A stretch of DNA of 64,000 bases from Eledone cirrhosa (Eukaryota): positions 258,292,001-258,356,000 of the forward strand of contig OZ024740.1 of assembly GCA_964016885.1 (NCBI GenBank), read 5' to 3'. The translations under genes were made by a program, and so were the position numbers. Below, one piece after another: positions 24,986-38,635 of this stretch (within the stretch, counting starts at the first letter, position 1; every line of letters begins with the position of its first letter). The notes beneath the pieces are model-generated. The model searched no databases, was not told the DNA's origin, and saw only the letters and a list, made by a program, of their open reading frames with translations.

Positions 24986-27900
24986 ATGGCTGTACTCAGA
25001 ATAGCAGTATAAATGCATGTGGCCTGTGGTCATCTTGGAAGCAGAGTCACCTGCTCAATGACCTCAGGTCACTAAACATAGATGTGGTGGCCATCAGTGA
25101 AACTAGAATCTCCGAAGCACAAGCCTTCGCACCGATCTTTGGCGGCTACGATGTATACGCATCTCCCAGCCGTCCAGGATCGGAGGGAAGAGTTGCCGTC
25201 CTTTTTCGGAGAGGCTTGGATCTCGCGATTCGGGCCATCTTCCTAGACCCAGAAGGTAAGTCGGTGGTGCTGGACATGACCGGCAGCGAAGGCAATGCTT
25301 TCAGGCTAGTAGCCGTCTACGCCCCAACAGGGTAAGGCCGGCCAGATTTCTTCAGACGTCTAGAGACCTTTCTTGGAACGTCCCGCTCTTTAGTATTAGT
25401 GGGCGACGGGAACGGTATGTTGGATGCACGCTGGGATCGTGTGAGGCTAGTGGATAGGGGAGGAGGGTGCAAGAGCCTCACCAACCTGCTCAGACGTTTT
25501 GAACTATCTGACAGGTATCGACTGGATCACCCGAATGTGCCAATTTGGACATGGACAAACCGCATCGGGTCATCCAGATCGTATCTCGATAGGGTATTCT
25601 GCAGAGAACTAGATAAGGCTAGTATAAGTTGTCCACAATTTAAAATAGTCGACTACACAGACCACAAATTTGTGATCTGTGAGATCGACATAGACAGACT
25701 TCATAGACAATGGCCTGGTTACTGGAAGCTGAAAGGGTCTTTCCCGGCGCGCAAAGCCTACAGAGACCGGATTAGCGTATTAGTTAAGCGGGCATTGACG
25801 GGAGCGGTCCTCAACAACAGGTGGTGGTTCGCCCTGAAAAGGGCAATTAAAGTAGAGTCGATTAGGTTTAGCAAAGGCGTAGTGATAGAGGAAAATGGAG
25901 TAGAGGGAGAGCTATTCAGAAAGCTAGAAGAGGCGTTTAGGACAGGCATCGCAACCGACGTGCTTGCGGCGAGATTGGCACTCGACCAATTCTTCAACGC
26001 AAAACACAAAGGCTGCGTTGTCAGAGCTAGAGCGCGTGCTCTGAAACACGAGGGGACAAAAGCCGTCCAATGGGCCCGGATGGCAGAGGCGCGATGTGGC
26101 AACAAAGCCACAATTCGGTCTTTGTCTGACCAAAACGGGTGCGTGATGCTCGAAGCCGAGCGGATGTGTGAAGCTTTTCAGCAGCACTTTTCTGAACTGT
26201 TCGGGAGCGTCGGCGGCCCGGATCCGGGCATGGACTTCAGGGCATACCTCGACGGACTGCCTCGGCTCTCGACGACCGCAGCACAGTGTTGCGTAGCAAA
26301 TAACAGCCGGTGAAATACGGGAAGCGATGGCTAACTGCACAAGTGGTAAATCGCCAGGTTTAGATGGTCTGCTCTACGAGCTTCATGCATTTATGCCAGA
26401 CTTGTTCGGTGACCTCTTGACAGACGTCTATTGCAACTGGCAGCTGAACGGGAGCATTCCCAGTTTTGTGAGCCGGGGAGCAGTGGCGCTGTTGAGAAAG
26501 GATCCGAACAAGGGGGATGTTATTGATAATTTCAGGCCCATAACCCTGCTAAACGCAGAGTTCAAGATTTTATCCAAGATGTTAGCAACGTGGTTGGCGC
26601 TTGTCGTCAAGGGTCTAGTGGGAGAGGCGCAGAAATGCGCTATTCCGGACAGATCCATACACGACAACCTCCACCTCATGCGATACATCATAGAGAGGGT
26701 GGTTAAGGAACCTGGCAAGGGTGGAGCACTGATCAACTTGGATCAATCCAAAGCATTCGATATGGTCGACCATCGGTACCTGGCGGCAGTCCTCGAGGCA
26801 ACCGCTTTCGGGCCCGTTTTCAGGGGTTGGATCGCAGCAATGTACAGCGACATCTGCTCAGTTGTGAGGGTGAACGGTCACCTGTCGCAGCCGTTCAGCA
26901 TCATGCGCTCACTCCGCCAGGGTTGTCCCCTCTCGTCCCTCTTGTACGTATTGGCTTTCGAGCCATTACTGCATAAACTGGGAGCGATGAGGTGCGTCCC
27001 ACGCGAACTAGGATGCGGGAAATCCGAGTCGGTTTATGCTGACGACGTCACCGTAGTGGTGTCGAGCACCAGACACGTCCAGATGCTCGGCACCGCTCTC
27101 AAGGAATACGAAGCGGTGACAGGAGCAAAGATAATCCAGGAAAAGTCGATGAGCTTGCAGCTCGGCACCTGGATAGGCAAGTCCATGCCGTCCGACAGCG
27201 TCGTGGGGCGTTGGACGGACGGACCGGTTAAATTGCTCGGGGTCTGGTTCGGACAGGACCTCCAGATGGAGATAAACTGGAACGAGGTGACGAGCAGGGT
27301 GGCCTCCCTCACCCAGTAATGGGCTGAGAGGAAGCTGTCCCTGAAAGGCCGGGCAGGGGTGGCGAATGCGTACATCGCATCCGTCATCTGCTACCGCCTC
27401 ACCGTCGTCCCTTGCTCCAGCCCAACTCTCACCAAAATGGAGCGCCTCCTCTTCCGCTTTTTGTGGAAGGCACGCGCTCCCATGGTCAGACGATCCATCT
27501 GCTCTAAATACCCGTTGCGTGGAGGACTGGGTATGCCATGGCTGATGATGCGCAAACATGCGCTGAGGCTGCGACGTCTCTGGTGCTTCCTTGACGGTGA
27601 ACAGGTGTGGTCGCCGTTCGCCAGGCACGTTTTCCCACAGCTCGTCTCCTTGACCGAGCTGCAGTCCTGGGTCAGAAAAAGACCGAGGGATAGTGCTTGG
27701 AAACTGGAATGTCTCCAGGCGCTCACTGCCCTCTCCCAGTTGGGCACCAGTATCGGTGGAACATCCACCTCGGCGTTCTATAGAGGACTAGTGGAGGGGA
27801 AGAGCGACGACATTCTCGGAGAGATCCTGGGCGTCGAAGAAGAACAGCTGTTTTCTCTCTTCCGGGAACTTTCAACCCGAGGCCTATGGATAACTTCCAA

Positions 27901-28401
27901 AAATCCCTGGCCTGGCAGTGGTACCGGGGAGCACTGCCGGTTCGAGATAAGCTCTACAGGCACGGAAGTGCCGTCAGCCGAGCCTGTCCGAGATGCACGC
28001 TTAGCGACGAAACCGTTGTGCACGCACTCCTTCAGTGCCCGAGCATTGCTGACTTGTGGAGCTATGTCGAACAGTTGCTGTCGCGTGTCGGACTGATCCG
28101 GTTGTCGACTGAGTCCATTGTGCAGATGGTCTCGCCGTCTTCCTTCGAGGAGGAAGGGCAGGCGGTTTTCATCTGCCTGGTGGCCATGGCGAAAGAGATT
28201 GTGTGGTGGACAAGGTTAAAAGGGTTAAAGACAGACACTTTCCTCTTCGGCGAATCCCTAATTAACTTTTTCAAGTTTCACTTGAAGAGGAAAATCAGCG
28301 TGGAGAGGCAAGTGCTGCTTTCTAGCAAGTTTGTTGAAAGGTGGGTGAATGTAGCGAGAATGGTCCGAGTGAATAGGACCACTCTGAATATACGTCTGTA
28401 G
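24986..28401 (+). pseudogene. Tx1 ORF2 (APE-RT-Zn), several stops and frameshifts
   Basis: ORF-track pieces at 25084, 25399, 26327, 27359 and 27886 are collinear domains. Confidence 0.88.
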
Positions 28402-28721
28402 TTTGTGAGATGGAAAAATTGAGAGAGGGCGCTTGCGCTGGTAGTCAGGGTGGCCGTGGTCATTTGTGTGGTTTTCGCCAGGAGTAACCCTGGGAGGTTT
28501 CTCCCCTATTGGGGAATTTTTCATTGTTTCAATTTTCATTTTTATTGTTTATATATATATATGTTTCTATATCCTTTTTTTCTTTTCTTATATAAATAAT
28601 AAACATATTTACACGCACAAAACCTACATCGTACCGTTCTGTGCCGTCTGTAATGTCAGCCCTTGCGCCAGCCCTTGTGGCAAATAAAGAAATCATTATT
28701 ATTATTATTATTATTATTATT

Positions 28722-31700
28722 GGCGACCTACGTAGTAAATCGTATGATCGTGAGCTCCGCAAAGGTTTGTTATTTCCAGTTGTTTAAAATAGGCATTTAT
28801 GGAAAACTTTTATTGTTAACTGTATATAAGTGCACATACATTGTTTTCTGAAAAGGACACCCAAAAAGATTGGGGCCTTGTGCCCAAAATTTAAACTTTT
28901 ATGATTATCAAACAATTTCTTTGAAAAAATCATGGCTGATTCACCTCTGCACCAAGCAACTGAGAGCCTTCCTCACAAACTAACACCTCACACCGACACC
29001 ACGATTGTAAATATTACTACGTTTACCAACACTAAAGATATAAGCAGTAGCAATATTTTTAATTTGTCTCAGGCAGACATTCATTTCCCGCCATTACCAA
29101 TGACTGCAGGTGTTAAAGCCGCCACCACCACCACCACCACCACCACCGCGACAACCACCACCCCCACCACCACCGCGACAACAGAAACAAAAGAAAAACT
29201 AAATGAACTCGTGATGTCGAAATGAATTCAACCAAAATGAACTCTTCCACACCGAACACCCTGACGCCACCACCACCACAACTGAAACTAAAATGAATAA
29301 TAACAATAATAACGATAACAACAACAGCAACAATGACATTAAGAAAACCACCCTGAGTTTTGCCAGAGTAGCAAAACAGTGCGAAGCATTTCACGTAACT
29401 CAGGAGGAATTAGAAGAAGCCAAAAAAATGGTAAAGAAAGATGGGTACAGAATCAGCCTCACCCCCACCTAATAAAATGGAGCATCGGCGCCTATGCACC
29501 GTGTCTTATCGAACAATTAATGTAAAATCGCGCCGAGTGGAACGGGCATCCGAGTCCCAAATACAAAAAGCTTTGGGACATGTGTGGGCAAAAAAACCCC
29601 ACATCAGACGTGGGCAGAAGTATGGAACCGTGGACGTGTTATTTGAAACACCAGAGGAGGCTAGAGAACACTCCATGGCCCCATTAAGAAGTGACGACTT
29701 CACACTCGTCCCAAGCTATTTTGGCCAGAGACTCGTAAAGATCAGGGTCACCCACGCACCACCGGCCATCGAAATTCCCTGGCTAATAGCTGCCGTCCTC
29801 GCCGGCATCGAAGCCAACACCAATATAATCGAAATAGCGAAAGAAAAGCAGGAGAACTGGTCCGGATCTGGGATGGAGCTCCTGATCCAAGCGGACCAAA
29901 AAAGCATTGAGGAGATCCCAGAGGTAATAGACCTCACTGACGGCAGCCACCTCAACGTAATTGTCGAGGGCAGAAGGCCTAGGTGTGTCGTTTGTGGTGA
30001 AGGAACCCACCTAAGGGCTTTCTGCCCTCAGGCTAAAAGGTTGAAGCCACCTCTCCTACCCACCCCAGTAACTCAACCATCAACACCACCAGCAGCAGAG
30101 ATGGCAGCAACAACTATAGCAGCAACAACAGAAGCAACTGTAACAGCAACAACCCCAGCAACAGTAGCAAAACCAACACCACCACCACCCAACGCGCCAG
30201 AACTAGCACCAGCGCCTACACCATCCACCACGCCACAACCAAAACCAGCGCCTGTGGACGATTTTCCACTCCCCGGCCTATCACAACTGGAGACAGATTG
30301 TGACGACGAGGAGTGGGAAACGGTATCAGGAAAAAAGAAAAAAGAAACCAAAAAAGAAAAAATTCTCTTCCTTCCCTCTCCAAAAACAAAATACAGAGGG
30401 AAACAAATAAACTATCAAACAAAAAAAGTTAGGACAGATATGCCACCATCCACACCAGCATCACCAACCCCATCACCCCAAACACCAACACCATCACCAT
30501 CATTAACCCCAACACCATCATCACCAACACCACAAAGGTCACCAAAAAGCGAAACAGGAACAAACCCACAACAAACGCAAACAAAACAAAACAACCAAAA
30601 CGATAGACACTACACAGCATTAAATTTGAACAACAACCAATTATTACACTACATCCAACACAACACCAGCTCACAGAAAAAGACTACACATCACCCCAAA
30701 AATTCACACCACGTCCACACATACAAATTACTCGCATCACACAGAAAACGTACACGACACTAAAACTAAAATTCCCCAAAGTCATCGAAGACTTCCGCCA
30801 AACACTCTCCAGGAGGATTTATAAGGAAGGACATCCTTCCTGAGGAGGCCACAAGCAGTGAAAAGGTTGGAGAAACCATCTTTCCTCTACGAGAACTAAG
30901 GTAAGTGGTCTTACCCATCTTTTCCACTCCATTTCAACATGACCTCACTCAGAATAGGCAGCATAAATGCGCGTGGTTTGAGGTCGTCATGGAAGCAGGG
31001 CCACCTGCTGAACAACCTCAGGTCACTAAACATAGATGTAGTGGCCATCAGCGAGACCAGAATCTCCGAAGCATTGGCCTTCGCACCGATCTTCGGCGGT
31101 TACGATGTGTACGCATCTCCCAGCCGTCCGGGATCGAGAGGAGGAGTTGCTGTGCTTTTTCGGAGAGGTTTGGATCTTGCCATACGGGCCATCTTCCTGG
31201 ACCCAGAAGGTAAGTTGGTGGTGCTGGACGTGACCAGCGGAGACGGGCAAGCTTTCAGGTTACTGGCCGTCTATGCCCTGACAGGAGCAGTGCGGCCTGA
31301 TTTCTTCCGGCGTCTGGAGACCTTTCTTGGAACGTCCCGCTCTTTAGTGTTAGTGGGCGACTGGAACGGGATCTTAGATGCACGCTGGGACTGTGTTGGA
31401 TTAGTGGATAGGGGAGGAGGGTGCAAGAGTCTCACAAACCAGCTCAGGCGTTTTGAACTGTCTGACAGGTACCGATTGGATTTCCCGAATGTGCCAACGT
31501 GGACTTGGACAAATCGTTTCGGGTCATCCAGATCATATGTAGATAGAGTATTTTGTAGGGAAATAGATAGGTCTAGCATAGGCTGTCCACAATTCAAGAT
31601 AGTCAGCTACACGGACCACAAATTTGTGATCTGTGTGCTTGACTTAGATAGGCTTCAGAGACGAGTACCCGGCTACTGGAAGCTAAACGCGTCCTTATCA

Positions 31701-34354
31701 GTGCGCAAGGCCTACAGAGACCGGATTAGCGAACTAGTTAAGCGGGCGTTGACGGGGGCCATCGTCAACAACAAGCGGTGGTTTGCTCTGAAAAGAGCAA
31801 TTAGAATAGAGTCCATTAGGTTTAGTAAGGCTTTAGCAATAGAGAAAAATAGAGCAGAGGGAGAATTAGTTAGAAAATGAGACGAGGCGCTTAGCAAAGG
31901 CATCGCGTCCGACCTACTTGCGGCGAAATTGGCCGTTGACCAATTCTTCAATGCAAAGCACGAAGGCTGCGTTGTCAGAGCTAGGGTGCGTGCTCTCAGA
32001 CACGAGGGGACGAAAGCCGTTCAATGGGCCCGAGTTGCGGAGGCGCGTCGTGGCAACAAAGCCACGATCTTGACCACGACGGCAGCATGCTACTCGATCC
32101 CGGGAAAATGTGTGAAGCTTTTCAGCGACACCTCGCTCAGCTGTTCGGGGGCAGCGGCGGGCCGAATATGGACTTTAGTGCCTACCTCGACGGACTGCCG
32201 CTGCTCTCGGCCACTGAGGCGGAGTGTTGCGAAAAGCCGATAACAGCCGCTGAAGTACGGGAGGCTATGACTGGCTGCACAAGGGGTAAATCGGCTGGTT
32301 TGAATGGTCTGCCCTACGAACTTTACGTACACATGCCAGACGTCTTCGGAGGCCTCTTGGCGGACGTCAACTGCAACTGGCAATAGAACAGGAAATTTCC
32401 CAGCTCTGTGGCTCAAGGTGCGGTGGCGCTGCTGATAAAGGATCCGAAAAAGGGGCATAACAGATAATTTCAGGCTAAACACAGAGTTCAAGGTTTTGGC
32501 CAAGGTGCTGGCAAAGTGGTTTTCGCTTGTCGTTGGTGGTCTGGTGAGAGAGGCGCAGACATGCGCCATTCTAGACAGATCCATCCACGACAACCTCCAC
32601 CTCATGCAATACATCGGGGAGAGGGTAGCTAGGGAACCTGGCATGGGTGGGTCCTTGATCAATTTAGATCAGTCGAAAGCTTTTTATAAGGTCGACCATC
32701 GTTATCTGGCGACTGTCCTGAGGGCGGCTGGCTTTGGGCCCTTCTTCAGAGGCTGTATCGCTGGCATGCACAGCCACATCTGCTCTGTGGTGAGAGTGAA
32801 CGGTAACCTTCCGGAACCGTTCAACATCATGCGCTCGGTCCGCCAAGTATGTCCCCCTCGTCCCTGTAGTACGTATTGACTCTCGAGCCATTACTGCACA
32901 AACTGGAGACGTTGAGGGGGTCCCGTGCGAACTAGGATGCGGAAGATCCGTGTCAGCATATGAGGATGATGTCACCGTAGTGGTGTCGAACGCCAAACAC
33001 ATCGACGCGATCGGCACTAAACAAAGAGAATACGAGGCGGTGACAGGAGCAATGATCAACTAGAAAAAGTCGGTGGACCTGCAGCTCGGCACCTGGAGAG
33101 GCAGGTCCATGTCGTCCAACAGCGTCATCGGGCGCTGGACGGACAGGTTAAATCGTTAGGTGTCTGGTTCAGTCCGGACCTCCAGACGGACAAAAAGTGG
33201 GACGAGGTGACGAGCAGGGTGGCTGCTCTCACCCAGAAATGGGCAGAGAAGAAAAGGTATCCTTGAAAGGTCGAGCGGAGGTGGCGAACGCGTACATCGC
33301 GTCCGTCATCTACTACAGCCTGACCGCTTGAGCGTTTTCTCTTTTTGTTGAAGTGATTCGCTCCGATGGTCAGGCGGTGCATCTGCTGTCAACATCCACT
33401 ACGTGGAGGGCTGGGCGTGTCGTGGCTGATGTTGCTCAGACACGCGCTCAGGCTACATCTCCGACATCATATAGAGGATTAGTGGAGGGGAAGAGCGACG
33501 ACGTGTTTGGGGAAAATCTAGACGTCGACGAAAATCAACAAGCCAATATCTTCGGAAGAACACTCGGGCCAGGGCCTATGGACAACTTCTAGAAATCCCT
33601 GGCGTGGCAGTGCTACCGAGGAGCTTTGCCAATTCGGGATAAACACTACAGGCATGGAAGTGCCGTCACTCGGGCATGTCCGAGATGCGGGCAGGGCGAC
33701 GAAACGGTCCTGCACGCACTCGTCCAGTGTCCGAGCATCGCTGAATTGTGGGTTTATGTCGAACACCTGCTGTTGCGTGTAGGAGGGATGCGGCTATCAG
33801 CTGAGTCCATCATGAGGATTGCCCCGCCATCCTCCTTCAGCCGGGAAGGGCAGGCAGTTTTTATCTGTCTGGTGGCCATGGCGAAAGAGATAGTATGGTG
33901 GACGCGTTTGAAAGGGCTGAAGTCGAGCACTTACCTCTTCGGTGATGCCCTGATTACCTTTTCAAATTTCATTTGAAAAGGAAAATCAGGGTAGAGTGGG
34001 AAGTGCTCTCTTCGCAGCATTTTCTTGAAAGATGAGTGAGAGAAGCAAGAATGGCACGAGTGAATAGGCCTACTCTGAGTATGTGCCTGTAAATTGAAGG
34101 TGGAAATCTGGGAGAGGGCACTTGCCATGGTGGTCAGGGTCATCGTGGCTTTTTTTATGGGCTTTCTCCACGATGTCCCTGAAGTCTCCCCCGTAGTGGG
34201 GAATATTTCATTGTTTCTTTTTTTGTTACATCCTCTGTTTTCTTTTTTACAGGCAGAAATGCCCAATTGTACCGTCCTGTATTGTCTTGTATTGTCCTGT
34301 ATTGTCCTTAATGTCTTACATTGTGTAAACCCTTGCGGTTAATAAAGAAAGCAT
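28722..34354 (+). mobile_element. Tx1/L1-clade LINE copy 2 (second ORF1 subfamily), degenerate
   Basis: ORF1 ~28932-30904 (CVVCGEGTHLRAFC) and ORF2 30939-34092 (SINARGL, AISETR, GDWN, LDQSKAF). Starts after (ATT)n and ends AATAAAGAAAGCATTA. Confidence 0.9.
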
Positions 34355-34946
34355 TACTATCCTTATCCCTATCATAGCTGTTGCCAGTATTTGAGTTACT
34401 ACAGACACGATTATTACCAAGAGATATTTTCTTCGTCTAGTATTGCGCCCGCCTATATTCCAGGCAATCGGTTTATAAATGGTATAAGAAATGCTATAGA
34501 TATTCTTCTTCGAGTTGTCATTAGGTTTCCCTAATTTATCCTTATATCCCGACCACATTATTGCCTCAATACAGTATTGAGCACTTCTATAAAATATTTC
34601 TATATTAGAGTCTGGAGATACGGTTAGAAACACTGCTTACAATTGAACTAAGTACAGATTTGGGATGATTACACTTGGAAGCCACATAAAACAACTCTCC
34701 ACCTGGTTTATGGTAGGACATATCGAGGCTGATATTAAGTTTAGGCGAACATACAGAAAGTTGACCGACTTTGTATTTCTATTATATCTATTATATTTAA
34801 GCTATTTTCTTTAAAGAAACTGTGCAGATCGATTTCGGATTACTGGTGTACCAAGGAAGCCTGATAGCATCGAGCTTTTCTCAGCTTTACCAGGATCTAT
34901 ATTGGAATACCTCAATATCACCATATATATATATATATATATATAT

Positions 34947-35510
34947 ATAAGTATGTACACGTACATACATATATGTATACAGACGTACAGTAGTATGTAT
35001 ATATATATACATACATGCACACATATATATATGTACGTATGGATTCACCGAACATTTATTATAATGCTCGGTGTATTTGTAAACAAACATCCCGTATTCA
35101 GCCGTTGTTCAACACTGACAAAGGAACGTTGTACTAGTTTCAAGCTTATTAGCTATCGTCAGCAACGTATACCTTCCTGCCAGATTGTTGAACGTATATA
35201 CTTACCTTATGCATATTAACGGCTGAGTAGCCCAATTTGCATATCGAGTGGGTGCACCGAAAACGGCCGGGTGCACCGAAAACGATAAACGGAAAAAATG
35301 AAACGAAATTTCATTTCCCACTCCTAGTACGGCTGTTACTTAAATATAAGTATGTACACATACATACATATATATATACAGACGTACAGTAGTATGTATA
35401 TATATATATATATACATACATGCACACAAATATATATGTACGTATGGATTCAACGAACATTTATTATAATGCTCGGTGTGTTTGTAAACAAACATCCCGT
35501 ATTAAGCCGT
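34947..35510. repeat. ~160-bp direct duplication (34947-35106 / 35347-35510) around an unidentified ~240-bp spacer
   Basis: ataagtatgtacac...aacatcccgtatt(c/a)agccgt occurs twice; the spacer has a tandem gggtgcaccgaaaacg. Confidence 0.85.
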
Positions 35511-35591
35511 AGTGTCTAGCAACCATCGTTGCTCGTTTGTTCAACACTGACTTTTGTTCAACACTGACTTTTGTTCACTCGTTTGTTCAAC

Positions 35592-38409
35592 ACTAGTTTT
35601 TCTAACTAGTTCTCCCTCTGCTCTATTTTTCTCTATTGCTAAAGCCTTACTAAATCTAATGGACTCTATTCTAATCGCTCTTTTCAGAGCATACCACCAC
35701 TTGTTGTTGACGATGGCCCCCGTCAACGCCCGCTTAACTAGTTCGCTAATCCGGTCTCTGTAGGCCTTGCGCGCTGGTAAGGACGCGTTTAGCTTCCAGT
35801 AGCCGGGTCTTCGTCTATGAAGCCTATCTAAGTCAAGCACACAGATCACGAATTTGTGGTCCGTGTAGCTGACTCTCTTGAATTGTTAGACCTATCTATT
35901 TCCCTTCAAAATACTCTATCTACATATGATCTGGATGACCCTATTCGATTTGTCCAAGTCCACATTTGAAAGGTCTCGAGACGCCGGAAGAAATCAGGCC
36001 GCCCTGCTCCTATCGGGGCATAGACGGCCACTAGCCTGAAAGCTTTCCCGTCTCCGCTGGTCACGTCCAGCACCACCAACTTACCTTCTGGATCCAGGAA
36101 GATGGCCCGTATGGCGAGATCCAAACATCTCCGAATAATCACAACAACTCCTCCCCCCGATCCAGGACGGCTGGGAGATGCGTACACATCCATGACAAGC
36201 CCCAAGTCACGCGTATTTATGCTGCCTATTCTGAGTGAGGTCATGTTGAAATTGAGTGGAAAAGATGGGAAAGACCACTTACCTTACTTCTCGTAGAGGA
36301 AGGATGGTTTCTCCATCCTTCTCACTGCTTAGGACCTCCTCTGGAAAGATGCCCTTATAAATTCTCCTGGAGAGTGTTTGGCGGAAGTCTCCGATGTCTT
36401 TGGGGAATTTTAGTTTTAGTGTCGTGTACGTTTTCTGTGTGATGCGAGTAATTTGTATGTGTGGAGGTGGTGTGAACTTTTGGGGTAGTCTTTTTCTGTG
36501 AGCTGGTGTTGTGTTGAATGTAGTGTAATAATTGGTTGTTGTTCAAATTTAATGCTGTGTAGTGTCCATCGTTTTGGTTGTTTTGCTTTGTTTGCGTTTG
36601 TTGGGTTTGATTCTGTTTCGCTTTTTGGTGACTTTTGTGGTGTTCGTAATGGTGGTGTTGGGGTTAATGATGCTGATGGTGTTATTGTTTGCGGTAATGG
36701 GGTTGGTGATGCTTGTGTTGATGGTTGCATAGCTGTCCTAACTTTTTTGTTTGATAGTTTATTTGTTTCCCTCTGTATTTTGTTTTTGGAGGGGCAAGGA
36801 AGACGATTTTTTTCTTTTTTGGCTTCTTTTTCTTTTTTCCTGATACCGTTTCACACTCCTCGTCGTCACAATCTGTCTCCAGTTGCGATAGGTCGGGGAG
36901 TGGAAAATCCTCCACAGGCGTTGGTTTTGGTTGTGGCGTGGTTGATGTTGTAGGCGCTGGTGCTAGTTCTGGCGCGTTGGGTAGTGGTGGTGTTGTTTTT
37001 CTCCTGTTGCTGGGGTTGTTGCAGCTACACTTTCTTCTGTTGTTGCTGCTACAGTTGTTGCTGACATTTCTGCTGCTGGTGGTGTTGATGGTTGATTCAC
37101 TGGGGTGGGCAAGAGAGGTGGCCTCAACTTTTTTGCCTGAGGGCAGAAAGCCCTTAGGTGGGTTCCTTCACCACAAACGACACGCCTATGCCTTCTACCC
37201 TCGACGATTACGGTGAGGTGGCTGCCGTCAGTGAGGTCTATTACCGCTGGGATCTCCTCAATGATTTTTTGGTCCGCTTGGATCAGGAGCTCCATCCCAG
37301 ATCCGGACCAGTTCTCTTACTTTTCTTTTGCTATTTCTATTATTTTGGCGTTGGCTTCGATCCCGGCAAGGACGGCAGACCTTAGCCAAGGAATTTCGAT
37401 GGCCGGTGGAACGTGGGTCACCCTGATCGTTGCGTGTCTCTGGCCACAATAGCTTGGGACGAGTGTGAAGTCATCGCTTCTTAATGGGGCCATGGAGTGC
37501 TCTCTGGCCTCCTGTGGTGTTCCAAAAAACACGTCCACGGTTCCATATTTCTGCCCACGTCTGATTTGTATTTTTTTTTGCCCACACATGTCCCAAAGCT
37601 TTTTGGATTTGGGACTCGGATGCCCGTTCCACTCGGCGCGATGTTATGTTAATCGTCCGATAAGACACGGTGCATAGGCGCCGATGCTCCATTTTATTAG
37701 GTGGGGGTGAGGCTGATTCTGTACCCATCTTTCTTTACCATTCTCTTGGCTTCATCTAATTCCTCCTGAGTTACCTGGATTGTTTCGCATTTTTTTGGCT
37801 GCTTTGGCAAACGACACGGTGTTGTTATTCTCATTGTTGTTGTTGCTGTTGTTGTTATTGTTATTTTTGTTGTTGTTATTTTTAGTATCAGTTGTGGTGG
37901 TGGTGGCGTCAGTGGTGTTCGGTGTGGAAGAGTCGATTCTGGGTGAATCCATTTCGATGTCACGAGATAATTTATTTTTTTCTTTTGTTTCTGTTGTCGC
38001 TGTGGTAGTGGTGGGGGTGGCGGCTTCAACACCTGCTGTCATTGGTAATGGCGGAAAATGAATATCTGCATGAGACAAATTTAAATTATTGCTACCGCCT
38101 ATATTTTTAGTGTTGGCAAACGTAGTAATATTTATAATGGTGGTGTCGGTGTGAGGTATTAGTTTGTGAGGAAGGTGTGGCTCTGAGACGTCCATGATTT
38201 TTTCAAATAATATTTTTGTTTGATAATTATAAAAGTTTAAATTTTGGGCTCAAAGCCCCAATCTTTTTGCGTGTCCTTTTCCGAAAGCAAATTTTGTGAC
38301 CTTATAAACAGTTAACAACAAAAATTTTCCATAAATGGCAATTTTTAACAAACGAAAAGAACAGACCTTTGCCGAGCTCACGATAATATGATTTCCTACG
38401 TAGGTGGTC
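35592..38409 (-). mobile_element. Tx1 copy 3 (same subfamily as copy 2): 5' UTR + ORF1 + APE, 3' part lost
   Basis: The reverse complement aligns with 28722-31877 (MGTESASPPPNK.., MTSLRIGSIN.., EGELVRK). The 5' end abuts (AAT)n. Confidence 0.9.
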
Positions 38410-38454
<45 letters not shown>

Positions 38455-38457
<3 letters not shown>

Positions 38458-38635
38458 TGTTTCTACTATTGGCACAAGGCCAGCAATTACCCAGTACATT
38501 ACTGGTACTTTATTTTATCGACCCGGTAAGGATGAAAGGCAAAGTTAACCTTGGGGGGATTTGAACTCAGAATGGCAAGGGCCGTAACTATATGCGTCAG
38601 ATCATGGTGTCCGACCCTCTACCGATACTGCCAAT
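38455..38635 (-). mobile_element. SINE between Tx1 copies 4 and 3
   Basis: SINE consensus with its tail on (AAT)n 38410-38457; its 5' end is fused to the AATAAAGAA terminus of copy 4. Confidence 0.9.

Larger units (their letters stand above)
22719..28694 (+). mobile_element. Tx1/L1-clade LINE copy 1, full length, degenerate
   Basis: ORF1 with CX2CX4HX4C (CYLCGLKGHLRAFC). ORF2 with APE (VAISETR, GDxN, SYLDR, TDH), RT (NFRPITLLN, LDQSKAFD, RQGCPLS, YADD) and CPRC..ETVVHALLQC. Ends AATAAAGAAATC(ATT)n. Confidence 0.9.

Noticed and set aside
34316-34760. 105-aa minus-strand ORF and adjacent unique sequence
   Set aside because: No recognisable motif, non-ATG start, and it overlaps the Tx1 3' end.
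34820-34860. Half hammerhead on the minus strand (AGTAATCC-GAAA-TCGA-TC)
   Set aside because: The CUGANGA strand and the 5' half of stem II are missing.
35197-35245. ATACTTACCT (U1 snRNA 5' end) with a nearby ATTTGCAT octamer
   Set aside because: No further U1 similarity; it is equally a reverse-strand splice-donor-like word.
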